A stretch of 64,000 bases of DNA from Eledone cirrhosa (Eukaryota), in NCBI GenBank assembly GCA_964016885.1, contig OZ024745.1:18600001-18664000 (forward strand), written 5' to 3'. Within the stretch, counting starts at the first letter, position 1. Each line of letters begins with the position of its first letter. Position numbers and translations under genes: made by a program. Under the pieces are notes generated by a model that was not told the DNA's origin, ran no database searches, and worked only from the letters and a program-made list of their open reading frames with translations. Below are positions 29,031 to 41,849 of the stretch, piece by piece.

Positions 29031-29479
29031 ATTTCTACACATGTTTAATCCAAAATCTCACATAAATATCTTCACTAAATCCATGCATTCTTTATACTAA
29101 ACTGTTTTTTTTTATCTTTATTACTTACGACGATGTGCAAGCCATCCACGAAGAGAACATTAAATTATAATTCTCATCTTAATAGTAAATTTATCCTTTA
29201 ACCATTGTAACTAACAGTAATGAAGGTGTTCATGCATATCAGAAAGTGTGTGGAGGACAAGGTAATCACCGCAAAGGTTCCGTATTGATCTTAATAATTC
29301 CTACTTCCTAACCAGAATATATTAATTTTCCGTTCCAAGTACTTATACCCTTTACAACCATCTTTCACACATTACTAAACTGTCTTTTGTCCAGAAATAA
29401 AGTATCGTGTATTACGATATTGTCTCATTTGTATGTGGATTACAACAATTCTACAGTAATATTTTACTTCTATCAGAAG

Positions 29480-29770
29480 AATTAGCAGAGTAGTTAGAAC
29501 GTCAGAGAGAATGCTTTGCAGTGTTCGTTTCGGTTCGCTGTTCTCTGGGTTCAAATCCTGCTGATGTCAACTTTGCCTTTTATCCATTCAACGTCGACAA
29601 AAAAGTACTAGTTTAGAACTCGGGTCGATTCCTTCTCGATATCACTTTCTCGCTTCTATTCTCTTACTCTCTATACTTCTTAAGAGGAAATCTGCTATAT
29701 TCCGACATGGAGATGATAGGGGCTCCACCAGGTTTTAAAATGCCCTAGGAAAAACATTTGCCAATACAGC
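29480..29770 (+). mobile_element. SINE family A variant
   Basis: TAGCAGAGTAG A box, GGTTCAAATCC B box, core, TC-rich alternative tail. Confidence 0.7.
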
Positions 29771-29931
29771 GAACTTACGATTCCCTCGGCAATCAATAAA
29801 TATTCATTAGTCATTGTTCTCTTGACGCGACATCCTTTCAACTATTCAAATGTTGATATATAATCCTGAGTCAACCAATTGTTTCCAGAAGGTGCTATAT
29901 GAGGACTGGCACTTCTTTCTTCGGCATCGAA

Positions 29932-30110
29932 ATAATTATTTCTACTTTTGGCACAAGGCCAGCAATTACCCAGTGTTTTACTGGTACTTTATTTTATCGA
30001 CCCCATAAGGATGAAATAATGAAAGGCAAAGTTGACTTCGGTGAGATTTGAAATCAAAGAGCAGAGAACCAGAAGGAATACTGCAATGCATTTTATGAAA
30101 GTTTCTAACG
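29932..30110 (-). mobile_element. tRNA-derived SINE, family A (reverse)
   Basis: Reverse complement of the family tail and core. Confidence 0.78.
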
Positions 30111-30238
30111 ACGTTTTCTAATTCACTGCCCTTGTAAACCTATGCGTAAGTACGTATATAAGGATGTAGGTTTCTTTGTATTTCTTTCCCTCCTTCGTTT
30201 TTTTATCTCTCTCATATATATACTTAATAATAGCCCTC

Positions 30239-30315
<77 letters not shown>

Positions 30316-30327
30316 TTAATATAGATG

Positions 30328-30378
30328 AGATTCTACAGGACTAGAACTGTTTCATTCTTTAGAAATCGTCAGGAATCT
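30328..30378 (-). ncRNA. Type I hammerhead ribozyme (intact core) in a PLE-like remnant (~30310-30760)
   Basis: Minus: AGATTC-CTGACGA-TTTC TAAA GAAT-GAAA-CAG TTCTAGTC CTG-TA-GAATCT; one U.U mismatch at the base of stem II. Confidence 0.8.
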
Positions 30379-30916
30379 GGGTGTCCAAAATAAATGTTGT
30401 GGCATTTATATCTTTTCTGGTGGTAGGGAATTCATAAAAGCTAATTCTTTAAGGTTATAATTTATATTTAGAGTGACAAAGGCAGAAAGAATTCTATAAA
30501 CAAGTTCAAATTGGGGTGCCACTCCTTATTTTTAAGTTTCTCTTAAGCTAACAATGCCTATATTTCAGGTGTCTATAAGATGGTTGGGGGTCGGTCATGG
30601 TTGATGGATTTAAAGAAAAGGGAAATTCTTCAAAAGCTAATTTTTAAAGCTCTACTTAGAGTGACAAAGGCCAAGAGAATTCTATAAACCTGTTCAAATA
30701 TTGGGTGCCTATCATTATTGTCATGTTTCACTTAAGCTATATTACAGGTGTCAACAGACACATTCACATACACACACACATATATATATATATGTGTGCG
30801 TGTGTTGAGGCAAATAACTATGTGTATACTCTGGTAATGTATCTTACATTGCCTATTGAGTGTGCTGAGATACAACCGGTACTGGCATTGATAAATATGC
30901 TGGGTCCGTCAACCCT

Positions 30917-30975
<59 letters not shown>

Positions 30976-31041
30976 TACAGACATATACAAACACATCTAC
31001 ACATATACACATATATACACATATACATAAATACACATACG

Positions 31042-31105
<64 letters not shown>

Positions 31106-31107
<2 letters not shown>

Positions 31108-31752
31108 AGACGTAAAATAAGAAAAGTATAAAATTAACTTAGTTACTAAAATATCACAAGACAAAACCTATATATTTGTTAGCATTGATATGCGTCTGTA
31201 TGTATATATATGTTACTAGATATTAATTCTTTATAATTATCTCCAAATTATTTGTCGAGCAATATTGGCCATGACTGCTGCTATGGTAGCAGGCAGGCCG
31301 CTGTCTTATTAGCAAACCACTTTCCACTGATTGACCTCGATATCACGTGATTGATTCTTTTTTAATTTGCCACCGACGCAGAGGTAGTGATTTTCTCAAT
31401 AGCTAGGAATTCAGTCCACGCTTTGCTATTTTCTATCCACTGAATTATTTTTTAATAAGTTTCCAGAGTCCACGCTTTGCCTGGATACTTAGATGAGAAT
31501 AGTCTTCCCTGACGACGGAATGATTATCCGTATTTTCTTCGGAAAATATATTTATTCCATTCCAGATACTAATTAGTTGGAAGTGATATTTTAGTAAGTA
31601 AGTTAATTTTATAATTTTCTTATTTTACGTCTCTCATATTATTGTTCTGCAACCCCATGCATTGAACCACAAAGTTACTAAGACAAAACCTATATATTTG
31701 CTAGCATTGATATGCATCTGTATGTATATATATATGTTACTAGATATTAATT

Positions 31753-31758
<6 letters not shown>
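31106..31758 (+). mobile_element. PLE-like remnant with inverted 5' end
   Basis: 52-bp inverted repeat 31106-31157/31583-31634; ~80-bp direct repeat ~31158-31235/~31680-31758; hammerhead motif; TA tracts on both sides. Confidence 0.65.
31504..31583 (+). ncRNA. Degenerate type I hammerhead ribozyme
   Basis: CTTCC-CTGACGA-long stem II (GGAATG/CATTCC; inner TATTTTC TTCG GAAAATA)-GATA (for GAAA)-CTAATTAG-TT-GGAAG. Confidence 0.65.
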
Positions 31759-31809
<51 letters not shown>

Positions 31810-31845
31810 CACACATATATACACACACACACATACATACATATA

Positions 31846-31905
<60 letters not shown>

Positions 31906-31912
<7 letters not shown>

Positions 31913-32516
31913 TGCCAACTAGTTTTCGAGTACGGCCACTACTTTATATCCATGTAGGAAAACCCCTACCGATGCGCTAAATGAGTGTGACTTTTTAGTC
32001 CAGCCAGCGACTTGAAAACTCTGGTACAAACACTACACTTGTAACAGTTATTGACAGATAGCGCTGGGCCCATGGTACGATGTGACGACAGGTGCAGAGA
32101 GATCTCCAGATATAAAGCAATGTCTGTGTCGTGAAGCTTTTATAGTGAGCAAAGGCTCTGCACAAAGCCAGTCCCACTCTCTTGACCAAGATGATATTTA
32201 CCAAAAAGAAGAACAAGTCAACATCAGTGGATACCATCAGCGTTGCAGGTGTTATATCAGAGTTTTCCTTCTCCTAGAATTCTGCCTTGACAAAGGCTAA
32301 GGGGTCATCTCTCCTTGTGATGTTGGATGGCCATTGACTCTTAAAAACTCCTTTGCCCTTTGACAGGTTTTGTTTTGAGTCCTGCAGGATGTCCAAATTC
32401 ACCCTCCTCACCAAGAAACCTTGGCGGGGTTGCCAGTTTAGTCGCCAAGGACCCGACCATGAGACAGGTTGTACTGAGATTCATGTTACCAGTAGCACCA
32501 ACTGGTGACCTGACAT
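31906..32516 (-). mobile_element. ~610-bp non-autonomous RTE-like element, apparently full length
   Basis: No coding capacity. Contains CTAGGAGAAGGAAAACTCTGA (RTE 5'UTR-like, from recall) and a terminal stem-loop ACTCG/AAAA/CTAGT (CGAGT in the other copies) before the microsatellite. Other copies at 10716, 11022, 35908 and a reversed fragment at 7874-7910. Confidence 0.7.
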
Positions 32517-32533
32517 AAATATATATATATATT

Positions 32534-32611
<78 letters not shown>

Positions 32612-32643
32612 CACATATATACACACATATGTATAAATATACC

Positions 32644-32688
<45 letters not shown>

Positions 32689-32802
32689 TCATACATATAT
32701 ACATATACATACAGACACACACATACATACATGTATATATACATACATATACACACATGTATACATATATATATATATGTATATACATACACATACATAT
32801 AC

Positions 32803-32833
<31 letters not shown>

Positions 32834-32868
32834 TATATATATACTTATATATATATATACACATATAT

Positions 32869-32917
<49 letters not shown>

Positions 32918-32957
32918 TACATACATATACACATATACACATATACACATACACACA

Positions 32958-32997
<40 letters not shown>

Positions 32998-32999
<2 letters not shown>

Positions 33000-33220
33000 A
33001 AAGCGCGTGGCTGAGTAGTTAGAGAATTGGATTCGCAATCGTGAGGTTGTGAGTTCCATCCCGGAATCGGGCGATGCGTTATGTCCTTGAGCAAGACACT
33101 TTACTTCATGTTGTTCCTTCTACCTGGAGTTGCGACCGATAGATAGTAGTAGCAATTGGAAAGACCAACGGAAACATTGTTTCCTCGATCCGATTTGACG
33201 AAAGTCGATCGATTGTCGAA
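32998..33220 (+). mobile_element. tRNA-derived SINE, family B-like
   Basis: GCGCGTGGCTGAGTAGTTAG A box, GAGTTCCATCCC B box, TGTCCTTGAGCAAGACACTTTAC. Confidence 0.75.
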
Positions 33221-33221
33221 T

Positions 33222-33252
<31 letters not shown>

Positions 33253-34633
33253 TACATATTCCTTATAATCAGACTAAAACACCTAAATCAGTTAATCTAA
33301 CTAAACATATGTATAATAAATTCACTAATACAAACTCTCATCAGGATACATCGTATAAAAATAAAAATCAACATCGAAATCGTAATAGACGAGTTACTTG
33401 GTATAATGCTCCATTTAATCTACAAATTAAGGATAATATCCCTAAAAAAATGTTTACTATCCTAGAGAAAAACTTCCCGCCAAACCATAAATACCATCAA
33501 ATTTTAAATAGATCATCGGTCAAATTTTCCTACTCCACTACCAAAAATATACAAAAAAATATAAGTGCCTACAATGCATATAAATGTAAAACAAAACATG
33601 AATATACCACCAACACATCAAACTAACCATAATACTAAAATAAACCGCAACAAACCACCATCTCCTTCACATACAACAAGTCGAGTAAATTCCACACCTA
33701 ATTTGACTAACTCTCCTGATATAATATTCACGAATGGTTGTAACTGTAGAAACAAAGCAAATTGCCCATTAAAAGGAAATTGCCTTATTAATAACATAGT
33801 ATATAAATGTAAAATTAGCACTAAGGACTCAACTTATTCATATATAGGAGCTACTTCTAACCAATTTAAAGTAAGATTTAATACCCACAAACACAGATTT
33901 AAAAATGCCGCATTAGCTAATACAACATCCTTGGCTGAAATAATTAATAATTATAGAAAAAAGAATATCGATTATAACCTGAATATCGATTATAACCTGA
34001 ATATATAAATAATATCGATTATAACAGATATGAGTGTAGATTATGTTCCCAGGAACTTTTTGAAATAATGAAATCTAAGGATATCTTATTAAATAAGCGA
34101 CAAAAATTAATTATATCGTGCAATCATAGAATTAGAAGAACTTTCAAATATTACAAACCTAATTAATATACACTTTTATTATACAAATTATTATAATTAG
34201 GTTTTTTTAAATTTAGTTAACCTATAATTAGTATTTTACTACTGAGAACTTCATAATTTTATTTCCCTTTTACAGCTATCTTTTCCTAAAATTAATACCT
34301 ATAAGTATACATATAAACTATTTTAATTTCCTGTTATGAATCTAAATTCCTTGTAGTCTATATAAGTTTATTTCTCACTAATACATTTATCCCCCCCCAA
34401 AAAAAATGTTCCTTCGTTTTTAACAACATTCTTTAATAATATCTAACTCTTATTTATCACATCTATATGAATTAATATAAATGTATCCCTATAAGTATAC
34501 CTATCAATTAAATTAATTTAATTTCTTTTTATAGATCTAAATTCCTTTTGTTTTTAATAAGATTGGTATTTCTCACTAACACATTTATCCTAAAATGTTA
34601 TTCTCCTTCGATTTTAACATTAGCATTATTCTT

Positions 34634-34794
34634 TAATTGTTTCTACTTTTGGCACAAGGCCAGCAATTACCCAGTGCATTACTGGTACTTTATTTTATCG
34701 ACCCTGTAAGGATGAAAGGCAAAGTTAACCTCGGCGGGATTTGAACTCAGACCGCAAAGGGACGTAACTATGCTGGAAAGCATGGCGTCCGACC
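34634..34794 (-). mobile_element. tRNA-derived SINE, family A, inserted in the PLE
   Basis: Reverse complement of 21414-21596. Confidence 0.88.
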
Positions 34795-35106
34795 CAACAT
34801 CAAATTTTCGTGTATCTTTCACCGGCTTGACCTCATTTCATCCCCAAAGTAATCTTTTCATTCAAAGTATTATTTCCATTCAAAATTGAAGTCTGTATTC
34901 CTCTACCCCTAAATTAAATTTCTACTACTAATATTCTATCAACTTGACCACTTACTACTCTTCTATTGGTCAATTCAAAACCTGTTCCAAAACAGACCTA
35001 TTATATTAAATCTTTGTTGGTGTTTTCAATAAACAAATATCATCGATAAAATAAAGTACCAGTAATACACTAGGTAATTGCTGGCCTTGTGCCAAAAGTA
35101 GAAACA

Positions 35107-35240
35107 ATTATTTCTGAAGACAGCATATATATGTGTAGGTATGTATATTTCCTCTGATAGTTTGTAAAATGTTTACATACATCTATATGATATACATACC
35201 AACACACACATATATATCCTAGAAACGATCGTAAAATGAT
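35107..35240 (+). ncRNA. Type I hammerhead ribozyme with ~100-nt stem II
   Basis: ATTATTT-CTGAAGA-(CAGCATATATATGTGT..GGTATGTATAT...ATATACATACC..ACACATATATATCCTA)-GAAA-C GATC G-TA-AAATGAT. Confidence 0.7.
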
Positions 35241-35320
35241 GAATTGTTTAATATAAGAACAGTTTCTTTGTTTTTATTCATTGTTTTTATTAATGTATAT
35301 ATATATATATATATATATAT

Positions 35321-35714
35321 ATTGGTAAACGGAATAGAAAATGCTGACAAATTGTTCACAGTTGAAAAATGGTTTAATTAGGAATAAAAGAGTATTAGTG
35401 ATTGTATGGGTTAGTATTCAGTTGTGGTTTTAAGTTTTTAAGTTTTTACCGGTTGCGCATTTCTAAATGCTTTTCAAAAATAATTTTGAGATAGAGTGTC
35501 CGTGCTGTTTGCTCTGGCCAGAGCAAACAGCACGGACTCTCTATCTCAAAATTATTTTTGAAAAGCATTTAGAAATGCGCAACCGGTAAAAACTTAAAAA
35601 CTTAAAACCACAACTGAATACTAACCCATACAATCACTAATACTCTTTTATTCCTAATTAAACCATTTTTCAACTGTGAACAATTTGTCAGCATTTTCTA
35701 TTCCGTTTACCAAT
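35321..35714. repeat. 394-bp spacerless palindrome (PLE pLTR fold-back)
   Basis: 197-bp arms, centre CTCTGG|CCAGAG at 35517/35518; one mismatch seen. Confidence 0.95.
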
Positions 35715-35907
35715 ATATAATAACTTGTGTGTTACACCTCTATTCTTTTAACTATATATATATATACATACATATACATATATACACATACAAATACATA
35801 TATACATACATATTCACACATATATACACACATACATACAAACACACACATACATATACATATACATATACATACATATATACACACACACCTACATATA
35901 CATACAT

Positions 35908-36008
35908 ATGGTGGCTGCCAACTCGTTTTCGAGTACGGCAACTACTTTATATCCATGTAGGAGAACCCCTACCGGTGCGCTGAACGAGTGTGACTTTTTA
36001 GTCCAGCC
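35908..36008 (-). mobile_element. 3' fragment of the non-autonomous RTE-like family
   Basis: Matches 11022-11125. Confidence 0.75.
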
Positions 36009-36530
36009 ATACATATACACACATGAATACATACATGCACATATATATACATATAGATACACATAGATAAATATATATATATATATATAGATATACATAT
36101 ACACACATATATACATACATATACACATACATATACATATATACATGTATATACATATATATACATATACACATATATACATATATATATACATATATAC
36201 ATATAAATACATATATATACATATATACATACATATACACACATATATATATACATATATACATATATACACATATATACATATATATACATATATATAC
36301 ATACACATAAATATATATATAAATAAATACACACAAACACACATATACACATACATACACACATACATACACATACATAGACATACATATACATATATAC
36401 ACACATATATACATATATATACACACATATACATATAAATATATATATGTATATATATATATATACATATATATACATACACATATACATACATACATAT
36501 ACACATACATATACACACATATATATATAC

Positions 36531-36569
<39 letters not shown>

Positions 36570-36682
36570 CATTTACATACATATACACATATACACACAC
36601 ACATATATATATATATATATGTGTGTGTGTTTTGATGTTATTCTCCATTTAGCATTTTCTACTGTTTTTTTTTCTTTTTTAC

Positions 36683-36756
<74 letters not shown>

Positions 36757-36990
36757 GTAAAAAAGAAAAAAACAGTAGAAAATGGTAAATGGATTTTCTC
36801 TCAGAATAACATCAAAACATTTATTTGCAAAATAGGGATTTCCGCATTAATTGTACCGGTTTCAGCTTATACGCTTTTTCACACGACGAAGTGTATAATG
36901 CAATTAAATTGCATATTAATAAGAACAATAAGAATATGGGGGAAAAAATTGTTTTTACATACATATTTAGGGAGAAAAGTTTACATTTTT

Positions 36991-37097
36991 GTCAGTAGTT
37001 TTCTTTCTTTCTTAGTGATGATCTTGACCCTACTAATAGTGGTAACCACTATTAGTAGGGTCAAGATCATCACTAAGAAAGAAAGAAAACTACTGAC
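36991..37097. repeat. 107-bp perfect palindrome
   Basis: 53-bp arms around a single A at 37044. Confidence 0.95.
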
Positions 37098-37162
37098 TAG
37101 CAATATTACACAAATATGACCCTCCCCAGGTATAACTATATATATATATATATATATATATA

Positions 37163-38003
37163 GTTATACTTGGGGAGGGTCATATTTGTGTAATATTGCC
37201 AGAATTAATAACAGAACACACTCACTGTTTGGTTGGTTTTCGCTTCTGTGGATAGACCAACACCGGGGGGAACTAAAAGGACGAAAAAACGGTTCAGTAC
37301 TATACGAACATGCCAGACAACAACACGACGGTAACATAGACAACATAGAAATTAGAATTATATCTAAACATAGAAATGACCCATCAGATAGGCAAATCAG
37401 AGAGGCCAGTGAAATAGAACTTAGAAGGCCAAGACTAAACAGAAAGAATGAATGGAATAACAACAACACCCAAACAAGCAACACTGAAGTATAAATAAAT
37501 AAATAAATAGATAAATAAATAAATAAATACATACACAAGCACAATAACAACAAACACATATAAACACACACTAGTAAAGATAGAATACATAGAATACATA
37601 GAATACAATCACGAACACACCAAACAAAACACTATACACACACGCAAACGCATGCGCAAAGAAGACAAAATAAAATAAACAAACAAACAAATAAATAAAT
37701 AAATATATATACAGACTAAATAAAAATGGCGTAGACATACAATGTAACGGGAGGAAACAATAGCACCACTGACGATGTTGCAGATGTGCAACGAAAGCAC
37801 TTTGATAAACTATATATATGTGTTTGCGTCTATATTGTATCTGTATTATTTTTGACCGTCGGTCAGTCAATGGCAACATTGAGGACCGAATAAATTAGAT
37901 TACTGATATAAAAGACACAGAAGCGAAAACCAACCAAACATTGAGTGTGTTCTGTTATTAATTCTGGCAATATTACACAAATATGACCCTCCCCAAGTAT
38001 AAC
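37163..38003 (+). mobile_element. Truncated Penelope-like element with inverted terminal pLTR
   Basis: 88-bp inverted repeats 37163-37250/37916-38003; GIY-YIG C-terminus SVLYEHARQQH...DPSDRQIREASEI....PRLNRKNEW (to 37494); hammerhead motif 37764-37807. Confidence 0.85.
37764..37807 (+). ncRNA. Degenerate minimal hammerhead ribozyme
   Basis: CACCA-CTGACGA-T-GTTGCA GATG TGCAAC-GAAA-GCAC-TT-TGATA; stem I partly mismatched. Confidence 0.55.
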
Positions 38004-38046
38004 AATATTTGTTTCGACACACGATTTCATATAAAAAACCTCGCAA

Positions 38047-38113
<67 letters not shown>

Positions 38114-38257
38114 ACTCCAGTTGCATTTTCGATTTCATCTCTTTTTCTTTATACTTTCACTCGTGTAGGACACCTCGGTTATTTTTCAATTTGTAAAAAA
38201 AACCTCACTTTCTAATATATATATATATAACATTTTCCTATATATATATATATATAA

Positions 38258-38343
<86 letters not shown>

Positions 38344-38499
38344 TTATATATATATATATATAAAGGAAAATGTTAGACCTCGACGGCAGTGCTAAACCGT
38401 CAGAGCTCTGCCGTCGGGGTCTGACACTTTCCTATTACCCACTTGGTTCCTTATCACACCTCCTTCGTTATATTTATATATATATATGTGTGTGTGTGT

Positions 38500-38549
<50 letters not shown>

Positions 38550-38738
38550 TCACGCTCAGAGGAAATGTCAAAAATGAAAAATACATATATATATGACTAT
38601 TTTCCTATTATATCGATAGTTGAACTAATATACATCTTCGCTGTGCTGTATCGTTTCCTTGTAGTATATTTTTAGTCACATATAAAACCGTCTTTCTTTA
38701 GAAATACGAAATTTCTATACATATTTGTATAAAGCTAT

Positions 38739-41700
38739 CATCATTATCAGGTCGAGCTTGCTCGGCTTTCTACGACAGGTTTCCTCCATCCATCTCTGTC
38801 TCTCATAGCGTTTGCCAGTTCTTCCGCAGTGCATCCAGTATCGTCCTCAAGTTGTTTGACGTATATCTTCTTGGCACGACCAGCGTTTCTTGCTCCATGA
38901 GATGGACTCCATAACAACACATCACCTGTTATTTCTTCCTTGCTGCGCCAACAGTGGCCAGCAAATCTGAGTCTCTGTCCACGTATTGACCTGCTGATAG
39001 GTGGTATATTGCCATAGAGATCCTTATTTGTTGGGTGTTCCCTCCAAGACACGTTTAAAGCAGAACGGCGCATACGTGTGTATATACAGTTTCGACGTTA
39101 GCGTCCAAGTGATAGAGCCATAAACAAGTACAGTTTCCACAGCAGCTCTGAAGAAATTCCTTTTCAGTTTGGCCGGCAGGTTTAATTTCCATATCTTTTC
39201 CATTGCATTCAATGCTCCCCAGGCTTTTCCCAGTCTGATGTTAACATCATGTTCTGTGGAGGCGATATAGCTACCCAGGTATTTGAAGTCGTCAACTTGC
39301 TTGATTATATCGCTGTTTAGACTTCGCGTACTAACTGAGGAGTCTTGGTTCAGGCAAATATATTCTGTTTTGCCTACGTTGACATAGAGTCCGATTTTCT
39401 TTGCAACTGATTCGATGCTGTGAAGTAGTGATGTTGCATCCTTAAGGTAGTCAGCGAGGACCGCTAAATCATCCGCATAGTCAGCATCGGTGATTTTCTG
39501 AGCTGCATGGCGTCTACACTTTCGCTATGTGAGAGTGAAACCAAGCTCTAAGTTTTCGTCCAGGGCTTTTCTCAATACATAGTCGAGGCAGATGATTAAA
39601 ATATATGGTGCAAGAGTATCCCCTTGGAGTACTCCTGCAATGATGTCAAAGAAGTTGGTATCTCTATCAGGTGAGCGCACCATTGCGCGGGTGTTTTTAT
39701 ATAACATCATGATGGCATTTACTGTTTCCTTTGGCAAGCCGTAGGCTAGAAGTATCCTCCCACGATGGATAGAATCGAATGCTTTTGAAAAGTCAATAAA
39801 CAGGAGAGTTGCTGGGAGGTTTTTGGCTTTTACGCATTCCAAGATACGCCGAATAGTAAGTATTTGCCCTGATGTTGATCTGTTGGTGCGGAAGCCATTT
39901 TGGTTTTTTCTCAGCAAGGGGTCAATGACATGTCTTATTCTGTCAAACAGCATGAGATTGTATATCTTTGCGGCAATTGCCATTAGTGTTATGCCACGGT
40001 AGTTTTTAGCCATTCCAAGATCGCCCTTTTGGGGAAAAGGGAGTATACATCGCTCAGTCCATTTATCTATGGGGTCTTGATTATAGACACCTTTACACAA
40101 CACTTGTAGGATTGGGTGAAATTCAGGTACCTTCCACACTTCAGCTGGGATCTCGTCGAGTCTGCATGCTTTTCCGTTACCAATACTTTTCACTGCTTTC
40201 TGTAGTTCCTCCATAGTGAAAGAACCTTTCTGTATTTGGTGTTCCTCTGTAAAAACGGGTATTATTTCTTCTTCGATGATCTGTGGTGCTTTGCCAAGTA
40301 GGTTCTGAAAATGTTGTTGCCACAGTTTTAAACGTTCGTCTTGGCTGGAGGCTTTCAGTTTGGCTCTGTCACTACTTTTTCTGCCACTAATTTCATTGAC
40401 AGTTTTCCAGGCTTCAGCAGACTTCTTATTGCTGACAGTACTCGAGATTTGATTGATCTTTCTCTGCATGTATTCGGCTTGCTCAATTTCATACTCACTT
40501 TTCAGTGCTGTACAAGCAGCACTGAAGTTACTAATGTTTTCTGGAGATCGTTGAGTGTCTTTCAATTCTGCAGCTTTTCGCAACTCTTTGCGCTTTTGGC
40601 GTATCCTCTCTGTTTCCCAGGGTTTTCGTTTTTTAACCTTGAGTTTTAAAGGGATGGTGTCGGCCGCTGCCTCTTTGAATGCCATTTGAAAGTGGTTAAA
40701 TGTAGAATTTGACGATTTTGTTGGCGCAGAGTCTTGTAGGGCAGCAAATCGGTTGCTCAGTTGGGTTATAAAGGTTTTGTAAGTCTCATGATTGGTATTC
40801 AGAACCGCCCAGTTGTAAGGAGTAGCACTTACAGATTTCTTTTTATCCACTCGAAGACCTAATCGTATCTTGGCCGAGACAATGCGATGATCCGAGTCAA
40901 CACTAACAAATGAGTCATATGCTCTGCAGTTTTTTGCGCTGTTCTTCCATTTTCGATTGATTATGATATAATCCAGTTGTATCTTGTCGCCATTTGGAGA
41001 TTTGTGTGTCCACCGCTAGCCTGGTCTTTTTTGGAATATGGCGTTGAGACATCGTAAATTGTACTCAGACAAGTAATCTTTTAGCATACAACCGTTTCTA
41101 TTGGTTTGTGAGTGGTATGAGAATTTGAATCCATCAAGCTGTCCAATACGCGCGTTGAAGTCTCCGCCAATGATGAGAACATTATGTTTCGGGATTTGTC
41201 TAGTGAGTGATGTTAGTTCCCTGTAAAACCTCTCTACTTCGGCCTTGTCACATACATTTGTTGGACTATAGCAAGAGATTACAGTGGTTTTAGGGTTCCC
41301 GTTAAACGTAGCTATCATTATCCTCGCAAGTGCATCATAGGCTTGCGGGCTGAAAAGCATTCCAACTCCACCATTTGCTGCATTCGTGTTGTTTTTCCAA
41401 GCTGAGCAGGTTATCAGCCTCCAATTGCCAAATATTTGCTCCTTTGTTACAAGCTCTTCATGTATGAACCGGTGCTTCTGAAGACAGATAACATCATGGT
41501 TGGTCGCCCCTGCTGAAGCAATCAGCTCAGGGATTTTATGGTCTTTCTGGAGTGTTTGAACATTGAGTGTACCAGCAAAAAGCTATGCTTGAAGCGAAAT
41601 CTTATTTCTATTCTAAGTTGAGCGAACTTATGCACCTTCATATGCAAATGAGATTAATAACCTAATTTACACAAACGAGAAAACTATATATTCTCGACTG

Positions 41701-41849
41701 TCAAGTCCAGCAGTTGCAATCTGTGGGAGGGACCGTCCTTAGGAAGATCAATCAAGCCTGAAATGTATAGACGGTTGTCCCCCTTGCTTCTGCTGGACAT
41801 CACAAGAGGGCGTTAGCCCCGGTGTTTGCATAGCTATGGCTTCCTAAAG
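38739..41849 (-). mobile_element. RTE-clade LINE (APE endonuclease + RT), pseudogenised
   Basis: GTLNVQTL (~41570), IIGGDFNARIG, LDYIIIN, SDHRIV, QNGFR, FIDFSKAFDSI, GVLQGDTLAP, YADDL (~39475), QRLRFAGHCWRS. Several stops/frameshifts; TGA/TAA-type tail; 51-bp flanking direct repeat. The 5' boundary is 41578 or 41849. Confidence 0.93.

Larger units (their letters stand above)
33258..35295 (+). mobile_element. 5'-truncated Penelope-like element (RT C-terminus, GIY-YIG endonuclease pseudogene, 3' pLTR)
   Basis: VTWYNAPFN...FPPNHKYHQILNRSSVKFSYSTTKNI, then CNCR...CPLKGNCLINNIVYKC...YIGATSNQFKVRFNTH, then CRLC..E...I...LLNKR...SCNHR (to ~34165). Frameshifted; hammerhead at 35107-35240; SINE insertions in the 3' part. 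Confidence 0.9.
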
